Source of the DNA: a virus
Taxonomy: Duplodnaviria; Caudoviricetes
IMG/VR virus record: IMGVR_UViG_3300025084_000066
Coordinates: 1 to 43,186 of that record
Reading direction: 5' to 3' (one strand)
DNA: 43,186 bases
A model generated the notes under the pieces. It was given only the letters and a program-made list of their open reading frames with translations. It was not told where the DNA came from and searched no databases. Within the stretch, counting starts at the first letter, position 1, and every line of letters starts with the position of its first letter. Shown here one piece after another: positions 1 to 12,000 of the stretch. The position numbers were made by a program, and so were the translations under genes.

Positions 1-1
1 A

Positions 2-2449
2 GAGTTAGAAATAATGTTACCTACTTTAGATCCTTATAGTGACTTATTAATAAAAGAAATAGAAATATTATTTAAAGAATCAGATAGTTTAGCAGTAAAG
101 GTTTTAGATACTATAGATATAAAAAATATATCTACGTTAAGAAAAGATCCTTCTACAATAACAAATGGTGTTGTTTCTGGAAGTAAAATAAAAAAATATA
201 TCAATAACACAGTTAGTGGTTCTACTAACGATAGAAGAAAAGAATTATATTATATATATAGATCAGAAGAGCCTTATAAAATGTTACCTGAATCACAAAC
301 TTTAAGAGTTTATGATCGTGTTCCAGTAAAAGCACTAGCTCAGGAAATAACAGGTAATAGACTTGTATATGGTAATTTTGTTACAGGTAAAGAATTACCT
401 CCTTCTGGATTAAACTTTGAATTAAGTACTGGTTCTAAAAATGAAGAAGATGAATTTCTTTATGAAGAATATAAAAGACACACATTAAAACAAGATAGAA
501 CATATGTTGTTGGTGTTGTTTTTTCAGATAGATATGGAAGACAATCACCTGTAATACTTTCTAATCAACACAGTTCATCAATACAACACAAGAGATCGCA
601 AATAAGTTTAAATGGAGATTCTTTAAAAGTTATATTCAACGAAGGTGTTGACAGTTCTTTTTTATGGCAACCTGATACTAACCCTTTAGGTTGGTATTCT
701 TATAGAATAGTGGTAAAACAAACTGAACAAGATTATTATAACGTATATACACCAGGGGTTGTTTTTTATAACACAGGAGGTACTGGTGATAATATGAGTT
801 ATTTTCCTATATATGGTGACAATATAAATAAAATACCTAGAGATGAAGTAACAGAAGGAAGTAATATAAACTTGTCTACAAGTAGTGTTATTTTAGATGG
901 TATACTAGAGAATGGAGATACTGGGATTCAAACGTCTACACATAATATTATATCAATAGGTAAACTTGATGATTTTGGTATTGAAGATGCTGATAAAGTA
1001 GAGTTTTATGATAAAGACAAACAATATTTGTTTGCGCAAATTAAAGGTAATTATGGGCAACAAACTCAAGGTGGATCAAGTTCTAATGTACCTTCTTTAG
1101 CTGTTTTTGAAACAAAACCATTTAAATCAAAATTAGATATATTTTATGAAACATCTACATGCGGGTTAATATCAGATTTAAATTCTAAAATACTTTCTGG
1201 TGGAGGATCTTCTAGTGCAGCTAGTTTAGTTTTAAGAAATCTTAATGATGATGCAGATTTAGATGAGTTTGTTGAAAGTACAGCTGGTAATTCATATATA
1301 ATGATTATAAAAGTTTTTGATGCTAATGGTACGCAATTAACAGAAAGCTCTAATAATTTAAATATTGAGGTTGATTCAGTTGTAAGAGTAGAAGACAATA
1401 TAGACATGGACTATGATAATGATTTTAGTGCAGAACAAATTGGAAATACAGATGTAATAAAATTAAAACTTGTAAATGGACAAGAATTTAGACCTTCACC
1501 TTCTAACAAATACACAATAACATTTAGAACAACAACATCTAATGGGGCTAAAAATTTCACTAAACAAATATTTGTAACAAATGCAGCTCCAGTACTTGCT
1601 TTTATACCAGATGCTGATAGAATAGGATATTCGGCTGATGAAACTGGTGTTATTGCTACAGTAAATAGTAGTGGTGAAATATCTGGTAAAAATGGTAGTT
1701 CAAACTCAAACAGGTGGACAAATAGATTAATCTATAGCCACGCTGGTGGATATTCTAATGTTAGTGTTTCGCCACAAGGTGCAATATCATTAGGAACAGC
1801 TATAGGTGCTTCTGCATCTGGCCTTAGTTTTGATTTAAAAGTAACTGGTATTGCTGGGCCTACGGATACAGATACATTGACCGTACCTCTTTCGTTAGAG
1901 TTTGGTGATATTATTAGCGTAACAGAAAAAACAGGTACTGGCTTTAATTACTATGCCAGATGTTATGGTCAAGGTGGACAAGGTGATGGTTATGATCCGG
2001 GTGATAAGTATGAAGAATATTTTATACCTACTAATTATGGATATTATGAAGTTAACGGAACTTGCGGAGGTGATTACGAAGATGTTCTTTCAAATCACAA
2101 TGCTTATGATGAAACAACTAACAGTCCTGTTCCTGCATCTCACAAATTTGCAACAGTAAGTGTAGATGGAACAGTAATATTAGATGTATCAAATTATACA
2201 TGGAATGATTCTACTGAAGCCTTTTGGATAAGACCTGCCCCTCACCAAAACACAGACCCAACTGATTCTGGTTATGTAGGTGCTAGTAATAGTAACTTTA
2301 TAGTAACAGTGACAAGTTATATAACGGGTAGTGCGGTAACAACAGACTATGAATTAGTAGTAGGGTATGAACAAATAGGTGCTGTAATGGAGCCTGTTCA
2401 CAGGGTGCTTATAAAAAGAAATAATATAACAACAACGCAATATTCTTAA
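2..2449 (+). CDS. Virion structural protein (tail stabilisation/nozzle-like), probably 5'-truncated by the window edge
   Basis: Frame is open upstream of the ATG at 14. VPVKALAQEITGNRLVYGNF and YVVGVVFSDRYGRQSPV resemble Bacteroidota podophage tail stabilisation proteins; beta-rich C-terminus. Confidence 0.6.
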   Translation, partial: ELEIMLPTLDPYSDLLIKEIEILFKESDSLAVKVLDTIDIKNISTLRKDPSTITNGVVSGSKIKKYINNTVSGSTNDRRKELYYIYRSEEPYKMLPESQTLRVYDRVPVKALAQEITGNRLVYGNFVTGKELPPSGLNFELSTGSKNEEDEFLYEEYKRHTLKQDRTYVVGVVFSDRYGRQSPVILSNQHSSSIQHKRSQISLNGDSLKVIFNEGVDSSFLWQPDTNPLGWYSYRIVVKQTEQDYYNVYTPGVVFYNTGGTGDNMSYFPIYGDNINKIPRDEVTEGSNINLSTSSVILDGILENGDTGIQTSTHNIISIGKLDDFGIEDADKVEFYDKDKQYLFAQIKGNYGQQTQGGSSSNVPSLAVFETKPFKSKLDIFYETSTCGLISDLNSKILSGGGSSSAASLVLRNLNDDADLDEFVESTAGNSYIMIIKVFDANGTQLTESSNNLNIEVDSVVRVEDNIDMDYDNDFSAEQIGNTDVIKLKLVNGQEFRPSPSNKYTITFRTTTSNGAKNFTKQIFVTNAAPVLAFIPDADRIGYSADETGVIATVNSSGEISGKNGSSNSNRWTNRLIYSHAGGYSNVSVSPQGAISLGTAIGASASGLSFDLKVTGIAGPTDTDTLTVPLSLEFGDIISVTEKTGTGFNYYARCYGQGGQGDGYDPGDKYEEYFIPTNYGYYEVNGTCGGDYEDVLSNHNAYDETTNSPVPASHKFATVSVDGTVILDVSNYTWNDSTEAFWIRPAPHQNTDPTDSGYVGASNSNFIVTVTSYITGSAVTTDYELVVGYEQIGAVMEPVHRVLIKRNNITTTQYS

Positions 2450-2450
2450 T

Positions 2451-3746
2451 ATGGCAACAACAATAGATGTAAGTTTTTTTAATTCCTTTTACATAAAAAG
2501 TAGTGATGCTAATGATAATTGGCATATTGAAGAAAGTAGAATAAAAGGAGATTTTAACGCTGTTCAAGTAGATATAGGTGTTAGAGCGTATATTATAGAT
2601 GAAGATTTTACTGAGGAAAGAAGAAAAAATGCTTTAATATATTCTGGAGTTTTTAACTCTAGAACAGGTATAAACAATACAAATCAATTTTCACCAGCAG
2701 AAGCAATAACAAAGTCAGTAAATTCTGCAAACGGAAGTATACAAAAACTTTTTGCAGAAGAAACAAATTTAATAATATTACAAGAAGATAAAGTTAGTAG
2801 AGCTTTAATAAATAAAGATGCGATATTTTCAGCTGAAGGTGGTGGAACAGTTACTTCTTCTAAACTTGTTATAGGTCAAATAATACCTTTTGTAGGAAAA
2901 TATGGTATATCTAAAAATCCAGAAAGCTTTGCTTCATTTGGAAATAGAAAATATTTTGCAGATAAAAACAGAGGGTTAATATTAAGATTATCGTCTGGTC
3001 AAGGTGGTGGAGATGGATTAACTCCAATATCAGAGTATGGTATGAGAAGTTTTTTTAGAGATAATCTAAAAGATAGTTCTAAAGTAGTAGGTATGTTTGA
3101 CAACTACCACAAGAGTTTTATAGTTTCATTACAAAAAAGTAATGGAAGTTACGAAACAGTAAGTTTTAGTGATGCTATAAATGGTTGGACAAGTCGACAT
3201 GATTATAAACCTTTACAAGGCTTTAGTTTAAGTAATAAATTTTATACATTTAATGGTAGTGATGTATGGAATCATTATGACAGATCAAATATTGATTATG
3301 GTAGATATTATGGTGCTAGCGTAGTACCTTCAACTGTAACTTTTGTTGTCAATTCTAACGCTGTACAAGAAAATGTATTTTATAGTATATCTTATGAAGG
3401 AACTTCTTTGTGGGAATTAAATGACATTAAAACTAATACAGACGATAGAATATTGTCAGGAACAGAAGAATTTTTAGACAAAGCCAATAATGTTGCTAAT
3501 TCTGAAACTTCTACTGTAATAGGTTATATAGGTGCATCTATATTTAATAAAAGAAATAATAGATACTATGCTGAATTACAAAACAGTTCACCAATAGCAT
3601 CTGGAGAAATATATGATGTAGATAATAATTTAGATGTAACAGGTATAAAAGGTAATTTTATAAAAGCTACTTTTTCTACAACTTCTAATAATAAAAAACA
3701 AGAGTTATTTAGTACCAATACGGTATTTAACAATGTATTAATATAA
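2451..3746 (+). CDS. Virion tail structural protein (tail tubular/nozzle-like, beta-rich)
   Basis: 431 aa. YGISKNPESFA, YFADKNRG and GWTS motifs typical of podophage tail stabilisation C-terminal parts; lies before the ejection genes. Confidence 0.55.
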   Translation: MATTIDVSFFNSFYIKSSDANDNWHIEESRIKGDFNAVQVDIGVRAYIIDEDFTEERRKNALIYSGVFNSRTGINNTNQFSPAEAITKSVNSANGSIQKLFAEETNLIILQEDKVSRALINKDAIFSAEGGGTVTSSKLVIGQIIPFVGKYGISKNPESFASFGNRKYFADKNRGLILRLSSGQGGGDGLTPISEYGMRSFFRDNLKDSSKVVGMFDNYHKSFIVSLQKSNGSYETVSFSDAINGWTSRHDYKPLQGFSLSNKFYTFNGSDVWNHYDRSNIDYGRYYGASVVPSTVTFVVNSNAVQENVFYSISYEGTSLWELNDIKTNTDDRILSGTEEFLDKANNVANSETSTVIGYIGASIFNKRNNRYYAELQNSSPIASGEIYDVDNNLDVTGIKGNFIKATFSTTSNNKKQELFSTNTVFNNVLI

Positions 3747-3758
3747 AAAATAAAAATT

Positions 3759-4424
3759 ATGGCAGGAGGTATAGGTTTAGCGATGGCAGGTGTCGGAGCA
3801 TTAGGTAGTATTTTTAGTAGTTTTGGCTCAGGAAGAAGAGCTAGAAGAGCTGAAAGTCAGGCTAATTATTATAGAGGCGAATTAAGAAAAGCTGAAGAAA
3901 ATAGACAGGAAATTATTAATCCTTATAAGGGTATAACTGATTTAAGTTCTATGATTACAAATCCGGCTCGTGATATGCAAGTTGCTACTAGATCTGCTGA
4001 ATTAGCGGCTGAAGAAACTGATATGTCTTTAGCAACTACACTAGAAGGTTTAAGAGAATCAGGAGGTGGTGCAGGTATGGCTACTGCTTTAGCACAACAA
4101 GCTAATAAATCTAAATTACAAATATCTGGAAATATACAACAACAAGAAACAGCTATTAGTATGCAAAGAGCAAGAGGCGAACAAGCTGCTCAACAAATGA
4201 GAATGAGAGAAGCAATGAGATTACAATCAGCAGATGTAGCAGGAAAACAGTTTATGTTTGGAGTAAGAGAACAAAGACAAGTTGCTAACCTAGATAGATT
4301 ACAAGGTATGAGTGATAGATATGCTAATATGGCGGCACAATATAGGTCAGCACAATCAAGTGCATTAGGCAGTGCATTTAGTTCATTAGCTGGTATGGGT
4401 ATGGGAATATATGGAAAAAAGTAA
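3759..4424 (+). CDS. Putative internal virion/ejection (pilot-like) protein
   Basis: 221 aa. Gly/Ala-rich hydrophobic ends around a Gln/Ala/Arg coiled-coil core; first of three genes of increasing size after the tail genes. Confidence 0.6.
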   Translation: MAGGIGLAMAGVGALGSIFSSFGSGRRARRAESQANYYRGELRKAEENRQEIINPYKGITDLSSMITNPARDMQVATRSAELAAEETDMSLATTLEGLRESGGGAGMATALAQQANKSKLQISGNIQQQETAISMQRARGEQAAQQMRMREAMRLQSADVAGKQFMFGVREQRQVANLDRLQGMSDRYANMAAQYRSAQSSALGSAFSSLAGMGMGIYGKK

Positions 4425-4517
4425 ATGCCGGGTCCGGCGTTAAACAGACATGGAATGTGAATAATGATATTGATATTTACAAAGGTGTTACAGAATAATA
4501 AAATAAAAAAATAAAAA

Positions 4518-6044
4518 ATGAGTTATAGAAATCCTGGAAATTTAAACATAGGAGATCCTAATGCTTTTTTAAAAGCTTTTTTAGGTGGTGTTGAAAAATA
4601 TGGTTCGTATTTCCAACAACAAGCTGAAAAAGAAGAAAGAAAAGAAAGAGATTTAGATATAAGATTAGCTAAATTTGAAAGCGAATTAAACTATCCCGAT
4701 ATAGCTAAAACTTATAATCCTCAGGTTGCTTCTCAAGTAAAAAACATTATTAATAAAAAATATGTAGACTCTGGGGTTTTTGCTAGTTCAAGTGTACAAG
4801 ATCAAGCTAAAATTTTATCTGATATTGGTGTCAATATAATGGCACCTCTTGACAACATGAATAAAGCAGTTGCATTAGATCCAACCGATGTTGATTTAAA
4901 TTTATTTAACAAAACACCAGTTTTTAGATCTTTTTTAGAAAATAAACAAAATGGTTTTGAAGTTATTACTAAAGATGATGGTTTAGCATTTAAATTTAAT
5001 GATGGAAAAAAAGATCATTTTTTAACTTCAAACGATGTACCTGATAAAATGCCTGTTATAAGAAAAAATACTGAAATATTTAGTGATTATGATAAAAGCA
5101 TAAACGATGCTGTTAGAATTGTTGATTATGCATATCAAAGAGCAGAAGATTATAGTCAAATAGAAGGTGAAATGGAAAAGGGATTTGAAAGTGCTGCAAA
5201 TAAAATTTTTGGTAACATGGATTATCAATCTAGAGCTGCTATTTTTAAAAAAATATTAAAAGATAAAACTGGAGAAGAATTTAACTATAACGACTCACCA
5301 GGTGATATTAGTAAGGAAGAGCAATTTGATTTTTTAGAAATACAAGATCTTGCTATAAAAGAACATATTGAAAACACTATACGTAATCAATCAGCTGTTA
5401 GAAATAAATTTATTTATAAAAAAGAAGAAGAAGAAGAAGTTGATGATCCTTCAAGAGCTGATTTAGAAAGACAAGATGTTGACGAGTCTTTAAATAATAT
5501 TTTTGATATTGTAGATGGTCCAGCAAGTAGTCAACTTTCTGAATATTTAAAAATAGTTGAAGATCAAGAATATAAAATTGAAAATGGTATATTAACTATA
5601 ACAGATGGTACTGAGATTAGCGATGATGAATATGAAGATGCTGTTTATGATATGAATACAGCAGATGGAAAAATTAATTTAGTTAAAAGAATTATTTTTA
5701 AACAAGGTTTATATACTGGTAAAAACGATAGTTATATAAACAGAAAAATAAGTAATTTATATGTTAATTTACTAAAAGAACAAAAAATAAAAGAAGATGC
5801 ACAAAAAGAAGCTTTAAGTAAAATACCAGTAGCTGAATTAGACAAACAATTAAATAATCACAAAGCAAGTTTAGATAGATTAAACAAGCTTAAAATGAAC
5901 ATTAATGGAACTTTTAGTGTAGAAGGTAAAAATTATACAGGAAAAGAACTAGATATAATAAAAGAACAATTAACTAAAAAAATATTTGACATAACTTTAA
6001 TTAGAAGTCAAAACGCAAGTCAAGAATTTAATAGTAATAACTAG
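4518..6044 (+). CDS. Putative internal virion/ejection protein
   Basis: 508 aa, helical and charged; synteny with podophage ejection operons. Confidence 0.5.
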   Translation: MSYRNPGNLNIGDPNAFLKAFLGGVEKYGSYFQQQAEKEERKERDLDIRLAKFESELNYPDIAKTYNPQVASQVKNIINKKYVDSGVFASSSVQDQAKILSDIGVNIMAPLDNMNKAVALDPTDVDLNLFNKTPVFRSFLENKQNGFEVITKDDGLAFKFNDGKKDHFLTSNDVPDKMPVIRKNTEIFSDYDKSINDAVRIVDYAYQRAEDYSQIEGEMEKGFESAANKIFGNMDYQSRAAIFKKILKDKTGEEFNYNDSPGDISKEEQFDFLEIQDLAIKEHIENTIRNQSAVRNKFIYKKEEEEEVDDPSRADLERQDVDESLNNIFDIVDGPASSQLSEYLKIVEDQEYKIENGILTITDGTEISDDEYEDAVYDMNTADGKINLVKRIIFKQGLYTGKNDSYINRKISNLYVNLLKEQKIKEDAQKEALSKIPVAELDKQLNNHKASLDRLNKLKMNINGTFSVEGKNYTGKELDIIKEQLTKKIFDITLIRSQNASQEFNSNN

Positions 6045-6048
6045 TATT

Positions 6049-9000
6049 ATGAATGAATTTTACATAGTAGACGGGAAACTCTTTGAGGTTTCACCAGACA
6101 GAAAACAAGATTTTCTGCTTAAATATCCACAAGCTAAATTAAAAGATGAACAAACAGATTTAGTAAAGACAAAAGGAACAGAAAAGGGTGTGACTGTTCC
6201 GGAAAATGTAACACCCAATACGGAATCAAACTTGGTAGCTGGTTTTTTGGATTTCAAACTTCCAACTCCAAAAGAAATAAAACTAGAAAATAAAATAGAA
6301 AAAGATTCTGAAGAATTAACTTTAGGACAAGGTCTTTTAAACGAATTTAAAAATGCTGGAGATAGATTAGGTTTAATAGATAATTTCTGGAAAGGTGATG
6401 ATCCTTCTGTTCAATTAGCTTTGACGGCTATGAACGAAGAGTTGTATGGAAGAAAAGGCATGAAAACATTATTAAGTGCTGGAAGAGATTCTTTTAATGC
6501 TAAAGAAAGGTATTTACAATTTGATAGCGTTGAAGACTTAATAAAAGACGTTAAAGAAAAACAACAAAGTAATAGACCTGTTTTTGCTTTAGCTGATGCG
6601 ATTTCAGAGAAAGATCCAGGTAAATTTGCTGTTGGTGTTCTTGGAACAGTGGCCAACGCTTTAGCATCAGTTGGTTACGGTATAGGTACTGGTTTTACAG
6701 GTTACGGATATGAATATGCTGCTGAAAACTATATAGAATATAATGAAAGATTAGCAAAAAGAAAAAATAAAAGTTTAAAACAGTTAATATCTGATAATGA
6801 AGAAGAAACTGTAATTCCTTTTTCAATTGCTGCAGGACAGGCTGGTATAGAAAATATAGGTTTAGGTAAAGTACTAGGTAAAGTATTAAAAAAAGGAAGA
6901 AACAAAATAACTAAATATGCACTAGATATTGCTTTTGCTGGTGGTGTTGAAGCTGGTACAGAGTGGTCTCAGTATGGTTTAGGAGAGTTTAATAAACTTT
7001 TAGGTGACGGTAAAACTAAAACAGAAGCACTACAAGGTGCTTTATATAGAATGTTAACTGAAAAAGATGCATATGAGTCAATGTTGCGTGGAGGTTTCGG
7101 AGGTGCTGGAATTAGAGGAGGTAGATATGCATTAAGAGCTTCATCTTCGGTAAGATCTACAAAAGATTCAAACGAAATACAAAGAAATATAAACTCAATT
7201 GTATATAATAAAAAAGTTAGTTTAGAAACAAAAGACGAAGATGTTAGAGTAAGTGCTGAGGCTAATATAGAAATATCTAAAGCAAATATTAAAAGATTAA
7301 TAGATATATCTAATGACAAAATAAAAGATTTAGATGAAAGTTCTCAGAAAAAAATACATGACATTAATGTTGAAACGGAAAGACAAGTATCTAAATTAAA
7401 AGATTTAAAAGAAAAATTAGATAATAATAAAATAAACAAAAAAGAATATTTAACTTATTTAGATAAGGTAAAAAAAGATTACAACGTAAGTGTATTAAGA
7501 ATAAATGGAGTTTTAGCTAAAAACAGAGGTATAAACTCTTTAATAAATAAAAGTACTAGTTTTGGATTAAAAATGGCAGAAGCTTTAAATATAAAAGCTA
7601 AAAGCTACGAAACAAACAAAGAATTTGCTAATGCTATAGGAAAAACAGAATCTGAAGCAAGTCAAATAGGAGGTGCATATATAAATGGTAAAATATACTT
7701 TAATAAAGATGCTGCTAGTAAAACTTTTCAAATAAACATTGGAGCACACGAAATACTCCACCCTATTTTAAACTCACAAATAGGTGACAAAAAACAACAA
7801 GGAAAAATAGTACAAGGTGTTAAAGAAAGATTAACATCTAGACAAATAAAAGAACTCGATGCCATAATGGAAAATAGAGGTTATGGTGTTGATTCAGGCA
7901 AATATGAAACAGAATATTTAAATGTAATGTCTGATGCCCTTGCTAAAAACGAACTTTCTTTAGATAAAACAATATTAGAAAAAATAGCTGATTTTTTTAA
8001 AAGTTTATTTAAAAAATATGACATGGATATTGGTTTTGAAAACGCAGACCAAGTTTATAATTTTTTAAGTGAGTTTAATAAATCCGCTAAAGAAAATAAA
8101 GTTTCAAAAAAAGTTTTAGATGCTATAGACAAAGTAAAATTAAATAAAGAATTAGAAAGTGAATCTAGACAGTTTTCTCAAGCAGAAAAAAATTCTATAA
8201 TTGATGATTTAGCTGGGCCAAATACTAAAGAAGAAGGTTATAGTATTTCTAAAAAACAATATGAAGAAGATGGTTATTTAGCTGATGCATATAACAGAAT
8301 TATAGAAGGTAATTTAATGGATGCACTTATTGTTCGTGGTATACAGGGTAAAACTGTTTCTGGTAAACCTATAAGTAATTTTATTGAAGATGTTAAAAAA
8401 GAATTAACAGATTTAATAATAAAATTTAATCCTGAACAAAATGATTCATTTTCAGGTTATTTAAATGGACAATTACAAACATGGGTAAAAAGTAAAGTTC
8501 TTAAACAATATGCACAATCTAAATCTAAAAGTTTAGACGTTGTAGCTGGAGAAGTTGGATCTGTTGCTGAACCTGGTATGAATGAAGATTTTTCAGAGTT
8601 CGACACAAAAGAAAGTTTTGATGAAAATACTGAAAATAAAATAATACCTTCTAAGGTTTTTGGTATAGAATCTGATGTAAAGAATTCTGTAGAAAATTTA
8701 TTTCCAATGCTAACATTAGATCAAATGACTTTTGGTAGTGTTCCATTAATTGCATCTCCACATATTGCTGAAAAGGCAGGTGTCAAAGTAGGTAAAATAA
8801 CTGATCCTAAGAAAAATTTAGGAGCAGGAGAATTAAAAAAAGCACAGAAGTTTTTATATAAACACATAGATGATTTTATAAAACTTTTACCACCGCTTAC
8901 ATCAAACAAAGAAGTGACTGATCAAAACGCAGAAGGTAAATCAGTTCAAATAGCAACTAAATTAATTAATGATGAAAAGTTTAATTTAGATCTTTATGAA

Positions 9001-12000
9001 CCAGCGGAAAAAAGAGTCAAGGGTGCACAAGGTAATCCACAGTTTAAACTTCCTAATAATTTTTTATCTAACGAATATAAAGAAAGAGTTTTAAAAGCAT
9101 TTGGTATGGACTCAGAAGGTGGGGCTTTAATAACAGATGTTAAAGGAGAAATATTAGATGGTAGAAGTCCTGAATCACAAAGAGTAAAAGGTGCATTAGC
9201 TTTATTGTCTAAACTCACAACAAATACTGAGTTAAGAATACAAATGTTAAAAGCTGGTATAAACCCTAATGTTATAAATAATATTGCCGCTGGTAAATCT
9301 GAATTCCAATTTAGTCAACAACCTGATAATGACATTGTTATTCCAGAGTTAACTAACATGATATTTAATAAGCGTGAATATTTTAAATATACTAGAAGTT
9401 TATATGAAAACCCTGAATTTTTAGAAGAAACAAGTAAGATATATGATATTGATTTAAATAAAGAAGATGTAAAAAATATATCTTTATATAAATATGAAAA
9501 CAATGTGCAAAAATGGGATTATGAAAAACTTTTAAAATTAAAAAAATATCAATTTGAATTTTTAAACTCAATGCCTGATTTGTTTAAAAGAGAAAGTTTT
9601 TTAGCAAGATCAGTCGCTGGTTTTAATGGTTTTAATTCTTTATTTAATAATACACTAGATCTTTATACATCAGAAAGTAAAGTTCTTGTAGATAAAAACA
9701 ATAAAATAATAAGAGACGATAGAATAGAAAAAATAACTGTTTTTGATCAAGAAATAAATAAAAACATATCTACTAAAAATTTAAAATCAAATAAAAATTT
9801 ATCTAAAAACGATGTCAGTTTTATAAATGATTTAAACGATCACATAAAAAATAACAACAAAAAAATAAACACATTATATACTTTAAAAAAATTACTAAAC
9901 GATCCAACATTATTAGAAGATACAAAGAAAACAGCTATACTTGATTTTAAGTCATCAAAAGCAAATGAAACAAGAAATGGTGTATATAATTTAATGAATC
10001 AATATAGACTTGCTTTTGTTAAATCTGGAAAAAACAAAAATGAAATAAAAGAAAGGCTAATGTTTATTACTCAAAGCTTGGCTTTTGAAAATTCTTCTAT
10101 TGATGGTTTAAATAATTTATCTTCTTTAGATTTATCTGTACTTAAAAAAGGTACCGAAAGATATTCTATACAAAACTATGACTCAAGTAGTAAAATAACT
10201 AAACAAATTTTATTTGATATAATGTCGGGTAAAGAGCCTGTTGTAAGCACTAATAATTTTAAGTCAGGTGTAGTACCTACAAGTATATTAGAACAAACTC
10301 CAAAACTTAGTCAAGAACAATCAATAAAAATTATTAAGAACAAAACCGATAAAAATGAGCAATTGAGTCAGGTTAATTTTAATGATGAAGTAAAAACATT
10401 GCAATTAGAATCACAAATGGGTTTAATGTTGTCGGCAAAAGACAAAAGATATTCTTTAGATGACATAATTGATGTTGCAACTTCAAAACAATTAGCTGCT
10501 ACTAGGAAAAAAATGTTTAGAATAATTCCACATAGCGCAAACGATTTAGCTGGTCTTCTTTATGGTTTTCTTGGTAAAGGAAAAAAAGGAGAAAAACAAT
10601 TAGAATTTTTTGTTGATAATTTAGTAAAACCTTTTAGTAAGGCAATAATGTCATTAGACATAGCCAGACAATTATCTAGTAGAAAATATAAACAGTTTTT
10701 AAAAGATAATCCTAATTTCAACAAAGAAATGGAGCAAGAAACGGGTGTTTCTGGTTTTAACTATGACCAAGCATTAAGAGTATATTTGTATACTAAAAAC
10801 GGTTCTAAAGTTCCTGGTATTAACGATACAACTCTTCAAAAATTAAAAGCAAAAATAATAACGTATCCAGGTAATAAAATGTTAAAATACGCTAGTAGTT
10901 TATCTAGCATAATGAGACAAGATTCATATTGGATAGATCCAGATGTAAACTCGTGGCAAACTGATACTATTAGACAAGATATACTTAGATCAATAGATCA
11001 ACTTTCAAGGAAAAAATTTTTAGGACCTTTTCTTGAAAATAAAAAGGCTATTTTTAGTGAAAACAACATAAATAAAATAAGAGCAACTTACGGTCAAGAT
11101 TTCTTAGATCCATTACAAGATATTTTAACTAGAATGGAAAGTGGGAAAACTAGAACAAGTGGTCAATCTAAAATGGTAAATGGTATGTTAAATTGGATAA
11201 GGGGTTCTGTTGCGTCTACAATGTTTTTAAACACTAGAACAGCAACACTACAAACATTATCTACTTTTAACTACATAAACTGGTCAGATAACAATATATA
11301 TCATTCTGGTAAAGCTTTAATAGGTAATCCCACACAGTGGGCAACAGATTTTAAGTATATAATGAATTCTGATTATTTAAAAGAAAGAAGAGGAGGTTTA
11401 AGAACTGATGTCAATGAAGCGGAAATTGCGGATGCTATAAAAAGAAATAAAGGATTTAAAGGTGTTTTAGGTTTAGTTTTACAAAAAGGTTTTGTTTTTA
11501 CTAAAGCTGGTGATGCCTTTGCAATTGCCGCGGGTGGAGCTAGTTTTTACAGAAATAGAATAAATACATATACAGCAAAAGGTTTTTCAAAAGTAGAAGC
11601 ACAAAGAAAAGCTTTTGTAGATTTTCAAGAGGTTACTGAAGAAACCCAACAGTCTGCAAGAGCAGACAGGCTATCTATGGAGCAAACAAGCGCAGAGGGA
11701 AGATTATTTTTAGCTTTCCAAAATACTCCAATGCAATATACTAGATTAATAGAAAGAGCTGCTTTAGATTTAAGAAATGGTAGAGGTAACCCTAAAGAAA
11801 AGGTAAGTAAGATATTATATTATTCATTTTTACAAAATATAATGTTCTCTGTATTACAACAAGGTTTATTTAGTATGTTATTTCCAGGACAAGATGAAGA
11901 TGAAGAAACAAAAAGAAATGAAAGAAAATTTGGTTACATGGCAAACAACATGGTTGATACGTTAATTAGGGGTACGGGTGTTAAAGGTGCTGTTTTTTCA

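Noticed and set aside
4424-4441. Hairpin AATGCCGG-GT-CCGGCGTT as terminator
   Set aside because: Short stem, no U-tract, mid-operon; at most a processing or pausing site.
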